IMG/VR virus record: IMGVR_UViG_3300022074_000061
Coordinates: 1 to 52,838 of that record
Origin: a virus
Taxonomy: Duplodnaviria > Caudoviricetes
DNA: 52,838 bases
Strand: one strand, 5' to 3'
Shown here: positions 36,837 through 46,900 of the stretch, in pieces
Position numbering within the stretch: position 1 is the stretch's first letter
How the letters are laid out: each line of letters starts with the position of its first letter
Translations under genes and position numbers: made by a program
The notes under the pieces: model-generated
Told to the model about the DNA's origin: nothing
Seen by the model: only the letters and a program-made list of their open reading frames with translations
Database searches by the model: none

Positions 36837-38426
36837 ATGGCTAGAGTTTATACAGGTACCTATGGTTCAGGTACTACGGCCGAGAATGCGTTGAACACAG
36901 CTCTAATGCAATACCCAGAGATTGCTAGAACTTTAATTCAACAGTATCCTCGTTATGCTGCTACATATCTATTAGAAAGAACTGGTAGATTTGCAGCTGA
37001 AAAAGTCCTTGGGGACAATTCGTTTGAATGGAAGGTTATGGGAAGATATAACACTCCTTCATTTTCTAATGGTTGGATTTCAACTGATGGTGTAACATTT
37101 GTAGGTAGTGCTGCTGGTTCAGGAGCTGCTACATTAAGTGGATCAGCTATTGCTGCTGCTGATGCAAATGGAAATCAATTCTTTTTATCATTTGATGGTG
37201 AAGGAATTTACACTACTGCTGGTTTTGCAAATGCAAGTTTTCTAAACAAATTTGACTTAGTAAGATTTCAATCAGGAGCTACTGCAATTGTAGTAGAAGA
37301 TCCTGTAACAGATGTTGCAAGAGCAGCAGCAAACAGTGGGCTTATTGTTACAAGCGCATCTGCTGTTGTTAAATTTGAAATGGTAGACGGTACTGCTAAT
37401 CCTTTACAACTAAGTGATATTCAAGCTGGAGCAATTGTTGCTTCTATTGGATCTGCATTTCCAAATGGATCTAACGGTGCAGATGTAGGTGAAAACTACG
37501 TATATCCTTCAACACATAAGAACTATTTAACTACAATGAGAAAGAAAGTTTCTGTTTCAGGTAAAGATTTAACAGATGTTTCTTGGATTGAAAATAATGG
37601 TTCTAGACTTTGGTACTTTACTAAAGAGCAAATGATGATGGATGAATTTATGTACCAACAAGAATTACAAAGATGGTATGGTAGAAAATCAATTACTAAT
37701 GAAGGTTCAGGTTCAGTTGCTAGACCAGGCGGTCTTGTCAGTTCTGCAACTGGATTATCAGGAACATTAGCAACTTCTATTGTTACTGGTGATGGTTTAT
37801 TAGCACAGATTGATTCATCTAACCAAGCATCTTATACTTTAGGATCTTTAACTGAAGATATCATTACTGAGTTTATCGCTAAGATATCTCTTAATGCAAC
37901 TTCTGCTGAAGGTAATGAGTATGTTGTGATGACTGGTACAGAAGGAAGATTAGCATTCCACAGAGCTATGAAAGACCTTATTGTTGCACCTGCTGGTTCG
38001 TTTACTGGAGGTTCAATGGAAGGTGTTGCTGGTGATGTAGAATTAGGTGCTAACTTCACTTCTTACAGCGCATTGGGTAATAAAATTACTATTGCACACT
38101 GCCCTGTATTTGATGATCCAAATTTACATTCTCTTGCTGGTGGAACTAACTCGTTTGGTGACAACAGATTAAAAGAGTCTGCTAAAATGGTATTCCTAGA
38201 CTTCGGAAGAACTTCTGGTGTTTCTAACATTGAGATGGTTACTAAAGGAGCTGAAGGAGTAAATAGAAGTATGATTAAGAAGTATGTGGCTGGTATGGTA
38301 AACCCATATGACCAACAAGCAATCTTGGCTGCTAACGCTGATGACAAATTTGAAGCACACGTGCTTTCAGAAACTGGAATCGTTGTTAGAAACCCATTAT
38401 CTTGTGGTATATTAAGTGCATCGTAA
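36837..38426 (+). CDS. Major capsid protein (crAss-like)
   Basis: 529 aa; FEWKVMG, NYLTTMRK, GDGLLAQI, VMTGTEG, HCPVFDD, HVLSETGIVVRNP; strong codon bias. Confidence 0.88.
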   Translation: MARVYTGTYGSGTTAENALNTALMQYPEIARTLIQQYPRYAATYLLERTGRFAAEKVLGDNSFEWKVMGRYNTPSFSNGWISTDGVTFVGSAAGSGAATLSGSAIAAADANGNQFFLSFDGEGIYTTAGFANASFLNKFDLVRFQSGATAIVVEDPVTDVARAAANSGLIVTSASAVVKFEMVDGTANPLQLSDIQAGAIVASIGSAFPNGSNGADVGENYVYPSTHKNYLTTMRKKVSVSGKDLTDVSWIENNGSRLWYFTKEQMMMDEFMYQQELQRWYGRKSITNEGSGSVARPGGLVSSATGLSGTLATSIVTGDGLLAQIDSSNQASYTLGSLTEDIITEFIAKISLNATSAEGNEYVVMTGTEGRLAFHRAMKDLIVAPAGSFTGGSMEGVAGDVELGANFTSYSALGNKITIAHCPVFDDPNLHSLAGGTNSFGDNRLKESAKMVFLDFGRTSGVSNIEMVTKGAEGVNRSMIKKYVAGMVNPYDQQAILAANADDKFEAHVLSETGIVVRNPLSCGILSAS

Positions 38427-38452
38427 TTATTAACTTTTAAATATATAAAAAA

Positions 38453-38770
38453 ATGGCAAAATATATTAAATTCCAAGATGTAGCATCTAGTGCTAATACA
38501 GCTAATGTAGTAAATTACATTGAGGCTGGAGAAATAAAATATGTTTCAACAACTTCAACTACAGTGATATTTCACTCTATTGGAGCTGGTGCAAACGTAT
38601 CTGCATTAGATACTACTACAATTACATGTGCTAGTGGAGAATCTGTCAAATTAGCTGATATTCTAATGAAAGCAATTGGAGGTATGCGTAACGGCAGTAT
38701 CATAACAATTGATGTAGATTCAGGACACTCAGCTGCAGCGATATCTGATATATCATATGCAACAGTATAA
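38453..38770 (+). CDS. Putative capsid decoration/auxiliary protein
   Basis: A/S/T-rich, immediately after MCP. Confidence 0.5.
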   Translation: MAKYIKFQDVASSANTANVVNYIEAGEIKYVSTTSTTVIFHSIGAGANVSALDTTTITCASGESVKLADILMKAIGGMRNGSIITIDVDSGHSAAAISDISYATV

Positions 38771-38785
38771 TAATTAACAACTAAC

Positions 38786-38828
38786 GGAGGTCTGTAGAAG
38801 ATCGTGCCTTTATGCAGGCCTCCTTTTT
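38786..38828 (+). terminator. Intrinsic terminator after the capsid genes
   Basis: ggaggtctgta...tgcaggcctcc followed by T5. Confidence 0.7.
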
Positions 38829-38852
38829 AATAACTTTAATAAATTTAGAAAA

Positions 38853-39353
38853 ATGGCAATAAAATTTGATTTTAACAGACTAAGAACTGCTGTAGATTCA
38901 TTCTATAAAGCTAAGGACACAGTCGGCGAAGAAGTAGTGCATTTACCTGCTTTAAAAAGTGTAAAGAAAGTAATTGCATTAGGTGACGCAAATGCAACTA
39001 TCATTGATGATGATAGCAACTCACTTTATGCTTTAACTGCTGCTACAACTGGTGATCGTACATATACTTTACCAGCTGCTGCAAAAGGATTGTGTTTTGA
39101 GTTTTTAGCTACTGTAGCGTCTAATGCACAAGCTTGTATTTTTGAAGTTCCATCTGGAGCTTTATTAGGCGGTGTATTAGCACAAAATGGTACTGGAACT
39201 ACAATTGTTCAGTCTGATCTTACAGATACCAAATTAACTCTTAATGATGATATAGAGCCAGGAACACACTTACAGTTTCGTTGCGTAGATGACACTAACT
39301 GGGTTGTTTCAGGTATTGTATTATCTGCAGATGCTAATCCAGCATTTAGTTAA
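38853..39353 (+). CDS. Putative head fibre/decoration protein
   Basis: TYTLPAAAKGLCFEF...DDTNWVVSG pattern. Confidence 0.55.
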   Translation: MAIKFDFNRLRTAVDSFYKAKDTVGEEVVHLPALKSVKKVIALGDANATIIDDDSNSLYALTAATTGDRTYTLPAAAKGLCFEFLATVASNAQACIFEVPSGALLGGVLAQNGTGTTIVQSDLTDTKLTLNDDIEPGTHLQFRCVDDTNWVVSGIVLSADANPAFS

Positions 39354-39400
39354 TAGATAATTAGAATTAAGGGGGAGCTTTATGCTCTCCCAAAATTCTT

Positions 39401-39408
39401 TATATTTG
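39401..39408 (+). promoter_or_regulatory. -7 element TATATTTG (probably leaderless mRNA)
   Basis: 4 nt before ATG 39413; preceded by a hairpin at about 39371-39391. Confidence 0.6.
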
Positions 39409-39412
39409 TGAT

Positions 39413-39619
39413 ATGAATTTAATACAATTTTTAAAAAGCATAGCTAAAGATCCAGAAGCCTGGGAAAAAAAACAAGTTGAAAATGCAAATAAAAATCAAG
39501 TTAGATTCAACATTGGTGGTCAATCAGGTTTTAAATGGAAGACTGAGTCTGCTAATAAAACTTGGGTAGAAAATGGAAAAGTAGTGAGAGATAGAAAAGG
39601 TAAAACAATAACAAAATAA
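39413..39619 (+). CDS. Hypothetical basic protein
   Basis: 68 aa ORF. Confidence 0.55.
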   Translation: MNLIQFLKSIAKDPEAWEKKQVENANKNQVRFNIGGQSGFKWKTESANKTWVENGKVVRDRKGKTITK

Positions 39620-39624
39620 ATAAA

Positions 39625-40347
39625 ATGAGACACGTAGTAATAATTAAATCAAACAATCCAAGCAAGTTTAATTACTGTAAGTTTGGAAACTATAAAGATA
39701 GAGAGGGTAAAATAAGAGAACTAGTAGACATTAATGGAATAACAGTATCAGGTTTTGAAATGTTTCAAGCTGTAGTATCTTTAGATATTAATAAAGATCA
39801 CGACAGAAGGCTATATAAATTTTTAAAAGATCATCCATTAATACAGGGTAAATTTACAATTGAAGACGTATCAAGTAAAGAACAAAGAATTGCTGAACAA
39901 TCTATAAGATCTGCAGAAGCAGTTACAACAGCATCTGATCTTAAAGAAAAAGATTTAAGAGATTTAGCTTTACTTATGGGTATAGATATTAACATGCAAG
40001 AAATGTTACTTAAAGCTAAAGTAATTCAGTTTGCTAACGAACAGCCTGAGAACTTTATGAAATCAATTGAAGATATAGATAAAGAGCACAGAGTGTTTTT
40101 GAAAAAAGCATTAGCTGAAGATGTTTTACAAAAAGTAAACGGAGTTTGGAAACATAACACACTTAATATTGGCCTTACAGATGATCAGGCTATTGTATGG
40201 TTAAAAGATAATGGAGATTCGTATGCTTTGTTAAAACATCAGCTTAGAACTGGCAAAAAAGAAGAGCCAAAGAAAGTAGAGTTAAGTGAAGTAGAAGAGC
40301 ATCCAATGAGAAAAGGATCAGTTATATCTGAAATAGAAAATAGCTAA
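39625..40347 (+). CDS. Conserved crAss-like protein downstream of MCP
   Basis: YKFLKDHP, LRDLALLMG, IGLTDDQAIVWLKD; synteny. Confidence 0.6.
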   Translation: MRHVVIIKSNNPSKFNYCKFGNYKDREGKIRELVDINGITVSGFEMFQAVVSLDINKDHDRRLYKFLKDHPLIQGKFTIEDVSSKEQRIAEQSIRSAEAVTTASDLKEKDLRDLALLMGIDINMQEMLLKAKVIQFANEQPENFMKSIEDIDKEHRVFLKKALAEDVLQKVNGVWKHNTLNIGLTDDQAIVWLKDNGDSYALLKHQLRTGKKEEPKKVELSEVEEHPMRKGSVISEIENS

Positions 40348-40946
40348 TGACACAACAAGAAGCATTTGATTATATGGATTTGCTTTTAGATAAAGCAGAT
40401 CAACCTTACTTTTTAGATACAGAAAAAGAAAAGTTTTTATTACTTGCTTCTTACGAATATGTCAATATCTATTATCCAACATTTGGTGTTAATCAAAGTA
40501 GTAGAGATAAGTTAAGAAGTTTTATTAAAACAGATGAGATAGAAGATGTTTCTGATGAGGTAGGCGGAACGTCTATTTCTGATTATTATCATTTGATATC
40601 TGTGAATCATTCAGAAGATTCAACTAATTTTTATAAGGCTGAAATATTAAGCTCAGAAGAATTTATGAGTCGTATTAATAATACAGATCCATTTAAAAAA
40701 ACTGATGTTAATAATCCTGTTGCTACTATAGAGGATGATGAATTATTAGTTTCACCACCAACGACAGCAAATGGAAAGGTAGAAGTGAAATATATAGGAG
40801 ATCCAAAATCAATTATTAATACTTTTAATAATTTAAACGAAGGGCAGGCACTTGAGATAATCAAGATAGCAATTAGAATCATGGGTGCAAGTATTGAAAG
40901 CTCCAATTACGAAGTTTTTGATAACGAAGTAAAAACAAACATGTAA
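40347..40946 (+). CDS. Putative tail ring/adaptor protein
   Basis: DLLLDK...EKEKFL...KYIGDP...EIIKIAI; synteny. Confidence 0.6.
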   Translation: MTQQEAFDYMDLLLDKADQPYFLDTEKEKFLLLASYEYVNIYYPTFGVNQSSRDKLRSFIKTDEIEDVSDEVGGTSISDYYHLISVNHSEDSTNFYKAEILSSEEFMSRINNTDPFKKTDVNNPVATIEDDELLVSPPTTANGKVEVKYIGDPKSIINTFNNLNEGQALEIIKIAIRIMGASIESSNYEVFDNEVKTNM

Positions 40947-40972
40947 GATTTTCTTTTGCTCCCTGCTTCAAG

Positions 40973-41009
40973 AATAGGCGGAAACTAGAAATAGTAGATG
41001 CCTATTTTT
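40973..41009 (+). terminator. Intrinsic terminator
   Basis: aataggc...acta GAAA tagt...gcctatt followed by a T-run. Confidence 0.65.
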
Positions 41010-41029
41010 GTTTACTAGAGAAATTTAAT

Positions 41030-41037
41030 TAATTTTG
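41030..41037 (+). promoter_or_regulatory. -7 element TAATTTTG
   Basis: Upstream of ATG 41059, right after a terminator. Confidence 0.65.
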
Positions 41038-41058
41038 CAAGAAGCATAAATATACCCT

Positions 41059-42018
41059 ATGGCAACATTAAATGAAATAGCATATAATATAAAAAATTTA
41101 GCTTACGGGGGCAGCCACTCTATAGAGGAGTCTATGGATATTAGACAGATAAAGTTTTGGATAAATTATCATAGAGCAAATATTATTACAGAAAACGTAG
41201 ATAGAGGTATATTAAATCATCATAATTTATATCAAGAACAAGAACTAAGCTTGTATAATATATTTAATGATAGTATTATAGAGTTTGTTAATAGTTATAT
41301 TGATAGCGGTTATACCCAACTTACATCAACGACTATACAATCGTATCTTGATAATATAATAATTCCAGACGGTAAATTTAGTCCATTATCACCTATTACG
41401 CTTACAACAATAAATCAAAGCTTTAATCTAGATCCTTATGGTAGAAGCTATGAAACTCAACAAGCTACAGACTATTGGAGAAACAATGGTTATGCAGATT
41501 TTAGTATACCACAAATATTATCAATAGATAATCACAAAGCTGTAAAATATGTTAGATTAAATAGATCTGTATATGATGGAGCAATTGAAGGAAATCAAAC
41601 TAATGTAATTAATGTTGCAATAAATACAGGAGCAGGATCAAAGTACAATAAAGCACCACTGGCTGAAATAAATAGAAAGAAAGGAACAGATTTACTTGAC
41701 AGAGAGCAAAGCATATTATCTGTATATAATCTACAAGTAAAGCCACTATTAGAACAAGATGCTTATTGGCTATATAAAGGAACAATAAAGGCTATATTTA
41801 ATGATCCTACTAAGGTTGTTCACTTAAGAAATTCTCAAATATATAATACTATACAATGGGATGATGATAAAGATTATTATCCATTACCTGACCAGTATAT
41901 TAAAGAGCTTATAGAAAGAGTGTTGAATGTTGAAGTAAGAACATCAATGGGTATGCCGTCTGATATAGTAGATGATGCGGCTGACACAACTAAAATGATG
42001 AAGCAAAGTGGGGCTTAA
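41059..42018 (+). CDS. Putative tail ring protein
   Basis: TLNEIAYNI, RQIKFWINYHRA, AIFNDP, DYYPLP; synteny. Confidence 0.65.
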   Translation: MATLNEIAYNIKNLAYGGSHSIEESMDIRQIKFWINYHRANIITENVDRGILNHHNLYQEQELSLYNIFNDSIIEFVNSYIDSGYTQLTSTTIQSYLDNIIIPDGKFSPLSPITLTTINQSFNLDPYGRSYETQQATDYWRNNGYADFSIPQILSIDNHKAVKYVRLNRSVYDGAIEGNQTNVINVAINTGAGSKYNKAPLAEINRKKGTDLLDREQSILSVYNLQVKPLLEQDAYWLYKGTIKAIFNDPTKVVHLRNSQIYNTIQWDDDKDYYPLPDQYIKELIERVLNVEVRTSMGMPSDIVDDAADTTKMMKQSGA

Positions 42019-42400
42019 ATATAAAAATAGATATGTATCTGTAAAAGACATTTACAGTAATGTAAATCATAATTTTAATAGAAAAATTAATTACAGTATA
42101 TTTTATAAAGTAATAAAAAAATTTTTTGAAATAGTAGTTAGAGATATTGTTGAAAGAAATAGAAGGGTGTTTCTACCTAATAGTATGGGATATATTTATT
42201 TGGCAGAAAAGCCACACAAAAGAGCGTTCCACACAAGAGTAGATCATAAGGCATCTAAAGAAACTGGAAAGTTGGTAACATTTAAAGTACCAATACTAAG
42301 TGACTTTTATAAGAAAATAGTTTGGGTAAGACCAAACAAATATAATACCTGCAAAATATTACCGCTAGGGTATTCAAAAAAAATAATTAAAAATAATTAA
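42008..42400 (+). CDS. IHF-like protein of the crAss-like tail block
   Basis: FYKVIKKFF...VFLPNSMGYIY...VDHKASK; lies before the tail tubular gene. Confidence 0.65.
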   Translation: MGLKYKNRYVSVKDIYSNVNHNFNRKINYSIFYKVIKKFFEIVVRDIVERNRRVFLPNSMGYIYLAEKPHKRAFHTRVDHKASKETGKLVTFKVPILSDFYKKIVWVRPNKYNTCKILPLGYSKKIIKNN

Positions 42401-42401
42401 T

Positions 42402-42863
42402 ATGGGTACAGAACTAACAGCACAAACCTTAACAGTAACAGTAACAGAAGCGCTAGCTGTAGATCATGCAAATGGATCAACAAACGATATTGACTTTGCA
42501 CAAACATACACACATACATATGGCAGTATTGCAAATGTAAGTAAAAGAATCATTAAGCTAGCTAACACTAATTTAACAGAAATAGCTACACTAGGATCTG
42601 ACACGGCAGACGGCGCTTTTGTAAGAGCTGACATAAAATATATTAGAGTAACTAATTTAGATTCCTCAGATACGTTACAAGTTGGATTAGATGATGAGGC
42701 ATCAGATGCAGCTTATGTAGAAGTAGCTGCGGATAGCAGTATAATATTTACAGGCACAAAATGCGAAGGAGATAATGGTGGCTCAACTTTAGATAATGCA
42801 ACAGCATTAAAAGTAAAAGGTAGTGCAAATCAACAATTAGAATTGTTCATAGCTTCAGTTTAA
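42402..42863 (+). CDS. Small virion beta-sandwich protein (paralogue C)
   Basis: TLTVTVTE...KYIRVTNLD...LELFIAS. Confidence 0.55.
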   Translation: MGTELTAQTLTVTVTEALAVDHANGSTNDIDFAQTYTHTYGSIANVSKRIIKLANTNLTEIATLGSDTADGAFVRADIKYIRVTNLDSSDTLQVGLDDEASDAAYVEVAADSSIIFTGTKCEGDNGGSTLDNATALKVKGSANQQLELFIASV

Positions 42864-43936
42864 TGTATATAGAATTAGAAAACGTTTTTCAGTCGGTAAG
42901 CAGAAACTTAGGTATAAAAAACTATGATCATCATATAGATGAGTGGATTGAATGGTCTTTTGAGGCAGAAAAATACATAGGCAGTTTAGATACTTTTAGA
43001 ATGATAGAGGCTACTTATACAACCACAGGTGAACAAGCTACAGGTACACTTACGTTTGCGGCAAATCCTTCCGATGGCGACTGGATTGAATTAAATGGTA
43101 CTAGATTATATTTCAAAGACTCAAGTAGTATAGGTGGTGCTCAGGCATCAAATGAAATAGTTATTGGAACTACATTAGCACTTACTCTAAGCAATGGAAC
43201 TGTAGGATTAGAACAAAATTTATCTACAACTGTAAATTCTAACGCAGCTTTATTTAATTATCCAGAAACTCTTAACGTTGCTACATACGCTGTTGATACT
43301 ACTGCAGGAACTCTTACTATAACATATAAAGATATTGGACCAGAAGGTAATAATTATACCATTTCATCTAGTTCATCTAATGTTACGTTCAGCAATACCA
43401 CATTAACTGGCGGTAAACATATGTTTAGAAATCAACAATTAACTTTACCTAAAAATATGATAAAGTTATTAGCGGTTAGAGCAGGTGGTAACGATCTACA
43501 AAATAAACATGCTGAATTTAGACCAACATCTACAACACATAGATCAAGAGTTGGACAAAGCGATGATGGTACACAACAAAGACATTTTAGATACTATGTT
43601 GATGGTAATAGATTAAACATTACGCATGATCAAGTAACTGAAATTACTATAACATATTATGAGTATCCTACAGACGTAAGAGGATGGCCAATGATCAAAG
43701 ATAGTCATATTACGGCAGTAGCTCAGTATATAATGTGGCAACACAAACTGGTAGGCTACTATAATGCTGAAGTACCCCAATACATTATTAAAGATTTAGA
43801 AAAAAGATGGTACTATTTATGTGCAAAAGCAAGGGGTGATGACAGTATGCCATCATCAGATGATATAAAACAAATTGGTAAAATGTGGAATAATTTAGTT
43901 CCTATACGTAGTGGTAATGATTTATTAGACTTCTAA
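42863..43936 (+). CDS. Tail tubular/ring protein with an inserted beta domain
   Basis: IEWSFEAEKYIG, PTDVRGWPMI, WYYLCAKARG; T/G-rich insert ATGTLTF...TLTGG. Confidence 0.65.
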   Translation: MYIELENVFQSVSRNLGIKNYDHHIDEWIEWSFEAEKYIGSLDTFRMIEATYTTTGEQATGTLTFAANPSDGDWIELNGTRLYFKDSSSIGGAQASNEIVIGTTLALTLSNGTVGLEQNLSTTVNSNAALFNYPETLNVATYAVDTTAGTLTITYKDIGPEGNNYTISSSSSNVTFSNTTLTGGKHMFRNQQLTLPKNMIKLLAVRAGGNDLQNKHAEFRPTSTTHRSRVGQSDDGTQQRHFRYYVDGNRLNITHDQVTEITITYYEYPTDVRGWPMIKDSHITAVAQYIMWQHKLVGYYNAEVPQYIIKDLEKRWYYLCAKARGDDSMPSSDDIKQIGKMWNNLVPIRSGNDLLDF

Positions 43937-43937
43937 T

Positions 43938-46900
43938 ATGGCGCAGAAAAAACAAGTAAGCAAGCCACAAGGATTTACACATGGATTAGTATCAGATCCA
44001 GATCCAAGATTTCAAATCAAAGGTAGTTATACTGATGCGCTTAATATACGATTAACTAATGATACAGGTGATACGTTTACTGTAGAAAACATTAAAGGTA
44101 ATACTTTGCTTATAGATTTATTTGGATTGCAGTTTCAGTCATATATTGATGCTGCTGAAGTTTCATCAGGAATACTTGGAACAAGACCTGATATACAAAA
44201 TAATTCAAATACTACTGGAGCAAGTAATTTAATATTTTCTGAAATATATGCAGATCCAAAAACTATCATAAATAATCAAGAGGTTGGATCTAATTTTCCA
44301 AGTCCACAAAATCCAGAACCAGGATCTGGCCCAAATCTAAATGCAACTAATCAAACAGGTTATCAAGGTTTGTTTCCTTTTTTTGAGCCAGGAACATTAC
44401 CACAAACTACAACAAATGTAGATTCATTTGAATCTATTGCTAGAAAAAATCATTCTAATATAGTTGGATATGTTTCTGTTGGTAAGGAATTAATTTTAAT
44501 TATTGTAGTAGCTACAGTAAAAGAAATAAAACCTGATGGAACAGATATTGATAACCCCACAACAAGAACAGTATTTTTAAGACTTACTATTGATGATGAA
44601 AATAAAGTTGAATCTGTAGAGGATTTACTTGTAAGTTATAGTTTTTTAAATGGTAATTATCCAGATTTAAACATGAATATTGATAATCCTGTTCGTGTAG
44701 AAGCTATAGTTGAAAATGAAAGTATAACGAGAATATATTGGACAGATAACAAAAATCCGCTTAGAACATTAAACACAAGACAGTCTGGTAAAAATCTATT
44801 ACCACCGTCTAGTTTAAATTTAACACCACTTGTAAATGCATCACAACCTGTATTAGATTTAACACTAAATGGATCTTTACCTGTAGGAACATATCAGTAT
44901 GTATATAAATATATATCTGCAAATGGAGGAGAATCTTCATATTCACCACTTAGTAACTTTTACCATGTAAGTGAAGAGGGTTTTGCTACATCAACTGATT
45001 ATGGAGGATCTCCAAAAGGTGAAATAGGATCACAAGGTTTTAGAATAGTAGTAGAAGATTTAGATACAAACTTTTCATATATAGAGCTATATGCTCTATT
45101 GTACGAAGATCTTAATATACCACCTAGAGTCGGCTTAGTAGACAGAAAGCTAATAACAGATGGCGCTACAAATGTTGTTTTTAATCATCTAGAATTTAGT
45201 AATGAAATATCAAATGGATTAGAAGAGGTTTTAATTGAAACTAATACGTGGGACGTTTGTAAAGATATTGCAATAAAAGATAATATATTATTTGCAGGTA
45301 ATTTAAGACAAAAAAGAAACTTTATATCTGAAAAAGAATGGAATGTAAAAATTTTAAGATATAATATAAATTCATCATACACCCCGCCAATAACAGATCA
45401 AACAGCGATGCTTACATCAACTGATCCAGAAATACCTGTGTATTTTAAAGAGTCAAGTAATTCTGCAACTGTAAAATTAGCACCAGACGATGATTATCTT
45501 TTGGGTAGGTTAAATAATGGTGATCCAGCAGAACCACAATATGCAACAAGATATTTGCAGAGAAAAATGAATGGTAATGCATTTTCTTTAGCTACTAAAA
45601 CACAAGATGAGTATAGGTTTTTAAATGATGGCATGACGCTTGGTGGTCAGAGTTATAAGTTTGGTCAGAATTATTTAGGTGGATGCAGGGTAACTTTTGG
45701 TATTAAAGAAAAAGTTGCTGACATAACCACTAATGATGGAAATGTGCCATATATAGAAAGTGTTTCTAATTCAATAGATAATTTTCAAACAGATAATATA
45801 GCAGGTGAAATAGTGGAAGTTGCAGGCGTGCTAACCACACAAACACTAATAAATAATAATACTGAAGTAACATATAGTGCTTCAATGAATTTAGGGGGTA
45901 GTAAAGATCCACATCTTGCAGGAGATCAAAGAGGTTATCAAAGAGGCGAAATATATAGATTTGGAGTACAGGTGTATGATTTAAATGGTAGCCCTGGTAA
46001 TGTACTTTGGATTGGTGATATACAAACACCAGAAATGTACGATTTATTAAGAATGATGAATGTAGACTCATTAGCTTATGATCCATTACAACTTGATTCA
46101 ACATATATAAATGGCGAGTATAAAATAATTAGTTTTGATAAAATTAAAGATCATAGAATATCTACAGTTTGGGGACATTCTGTACCGCCAGTGGCCTGTT
46201 CATGGTTTAATGAAACAACTAGCGTACAAGATAGTCAACCAAAACCAGAAGCTTACATCAATGCTGATGGGACACAAGTAGATTTAAATACAGATAATTT
46301 AAATCCTGGACAACCAACAAATGCAACAAGAAAAAATAAATGGTATCCTGGATATATAGCTAATTCATTACCCTTATATCCTGATAGCCTTAATAACTAC
46401 GATAGCAGGCATTATCTTTTTGATTTGTTTGTAAACTTTGAGTTTTTAATACCTCAAGAAGTGTGTGAAAAAATATCAGGATTTAGAGTAGTAAGAGCAG
46501 AAAGAAAAGAAATAGATCGTAGAGTTTTACAACAAGGTTTGCTAAATCAAACAATGAAGTATGGTAGAATTGATCAAGGGTTACAAAGGGGTTATTATCA
46601 AGATGCTAAATTTTCTGTAGATGATAATGAAAACTATTCTGGATCTACAGATTTTCCATTTTCAAATGCAACAAACACTGATCCACAATTCTTAGAATAT
46701 GACACATTTTTAAATGGATATGTTGGTTTAGCAGAAAACTCACATATTGCTAGATATGAAAATGGACTGACAACAGGTAAACTAACGGTTGGAGGTATTA
46801 CAGAGGGAGAAGTTTATGTAATGCAAGAGAATGAAAATCAAATTGGTTTTTACGGAATAAATTATCCATATAGAGATAATTTAGCAGGATCAAGATCTGC

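Noticed and set aside
36017-38476. Long antisense ORFs opposite scaffold and MCP (and similar shadow ORFs elsewhere, e.g. 503-841, 23763-24113, 27169-27576)
   Set aside because: Shadows of biased codon usage on the coding strand, with no motifs or start context
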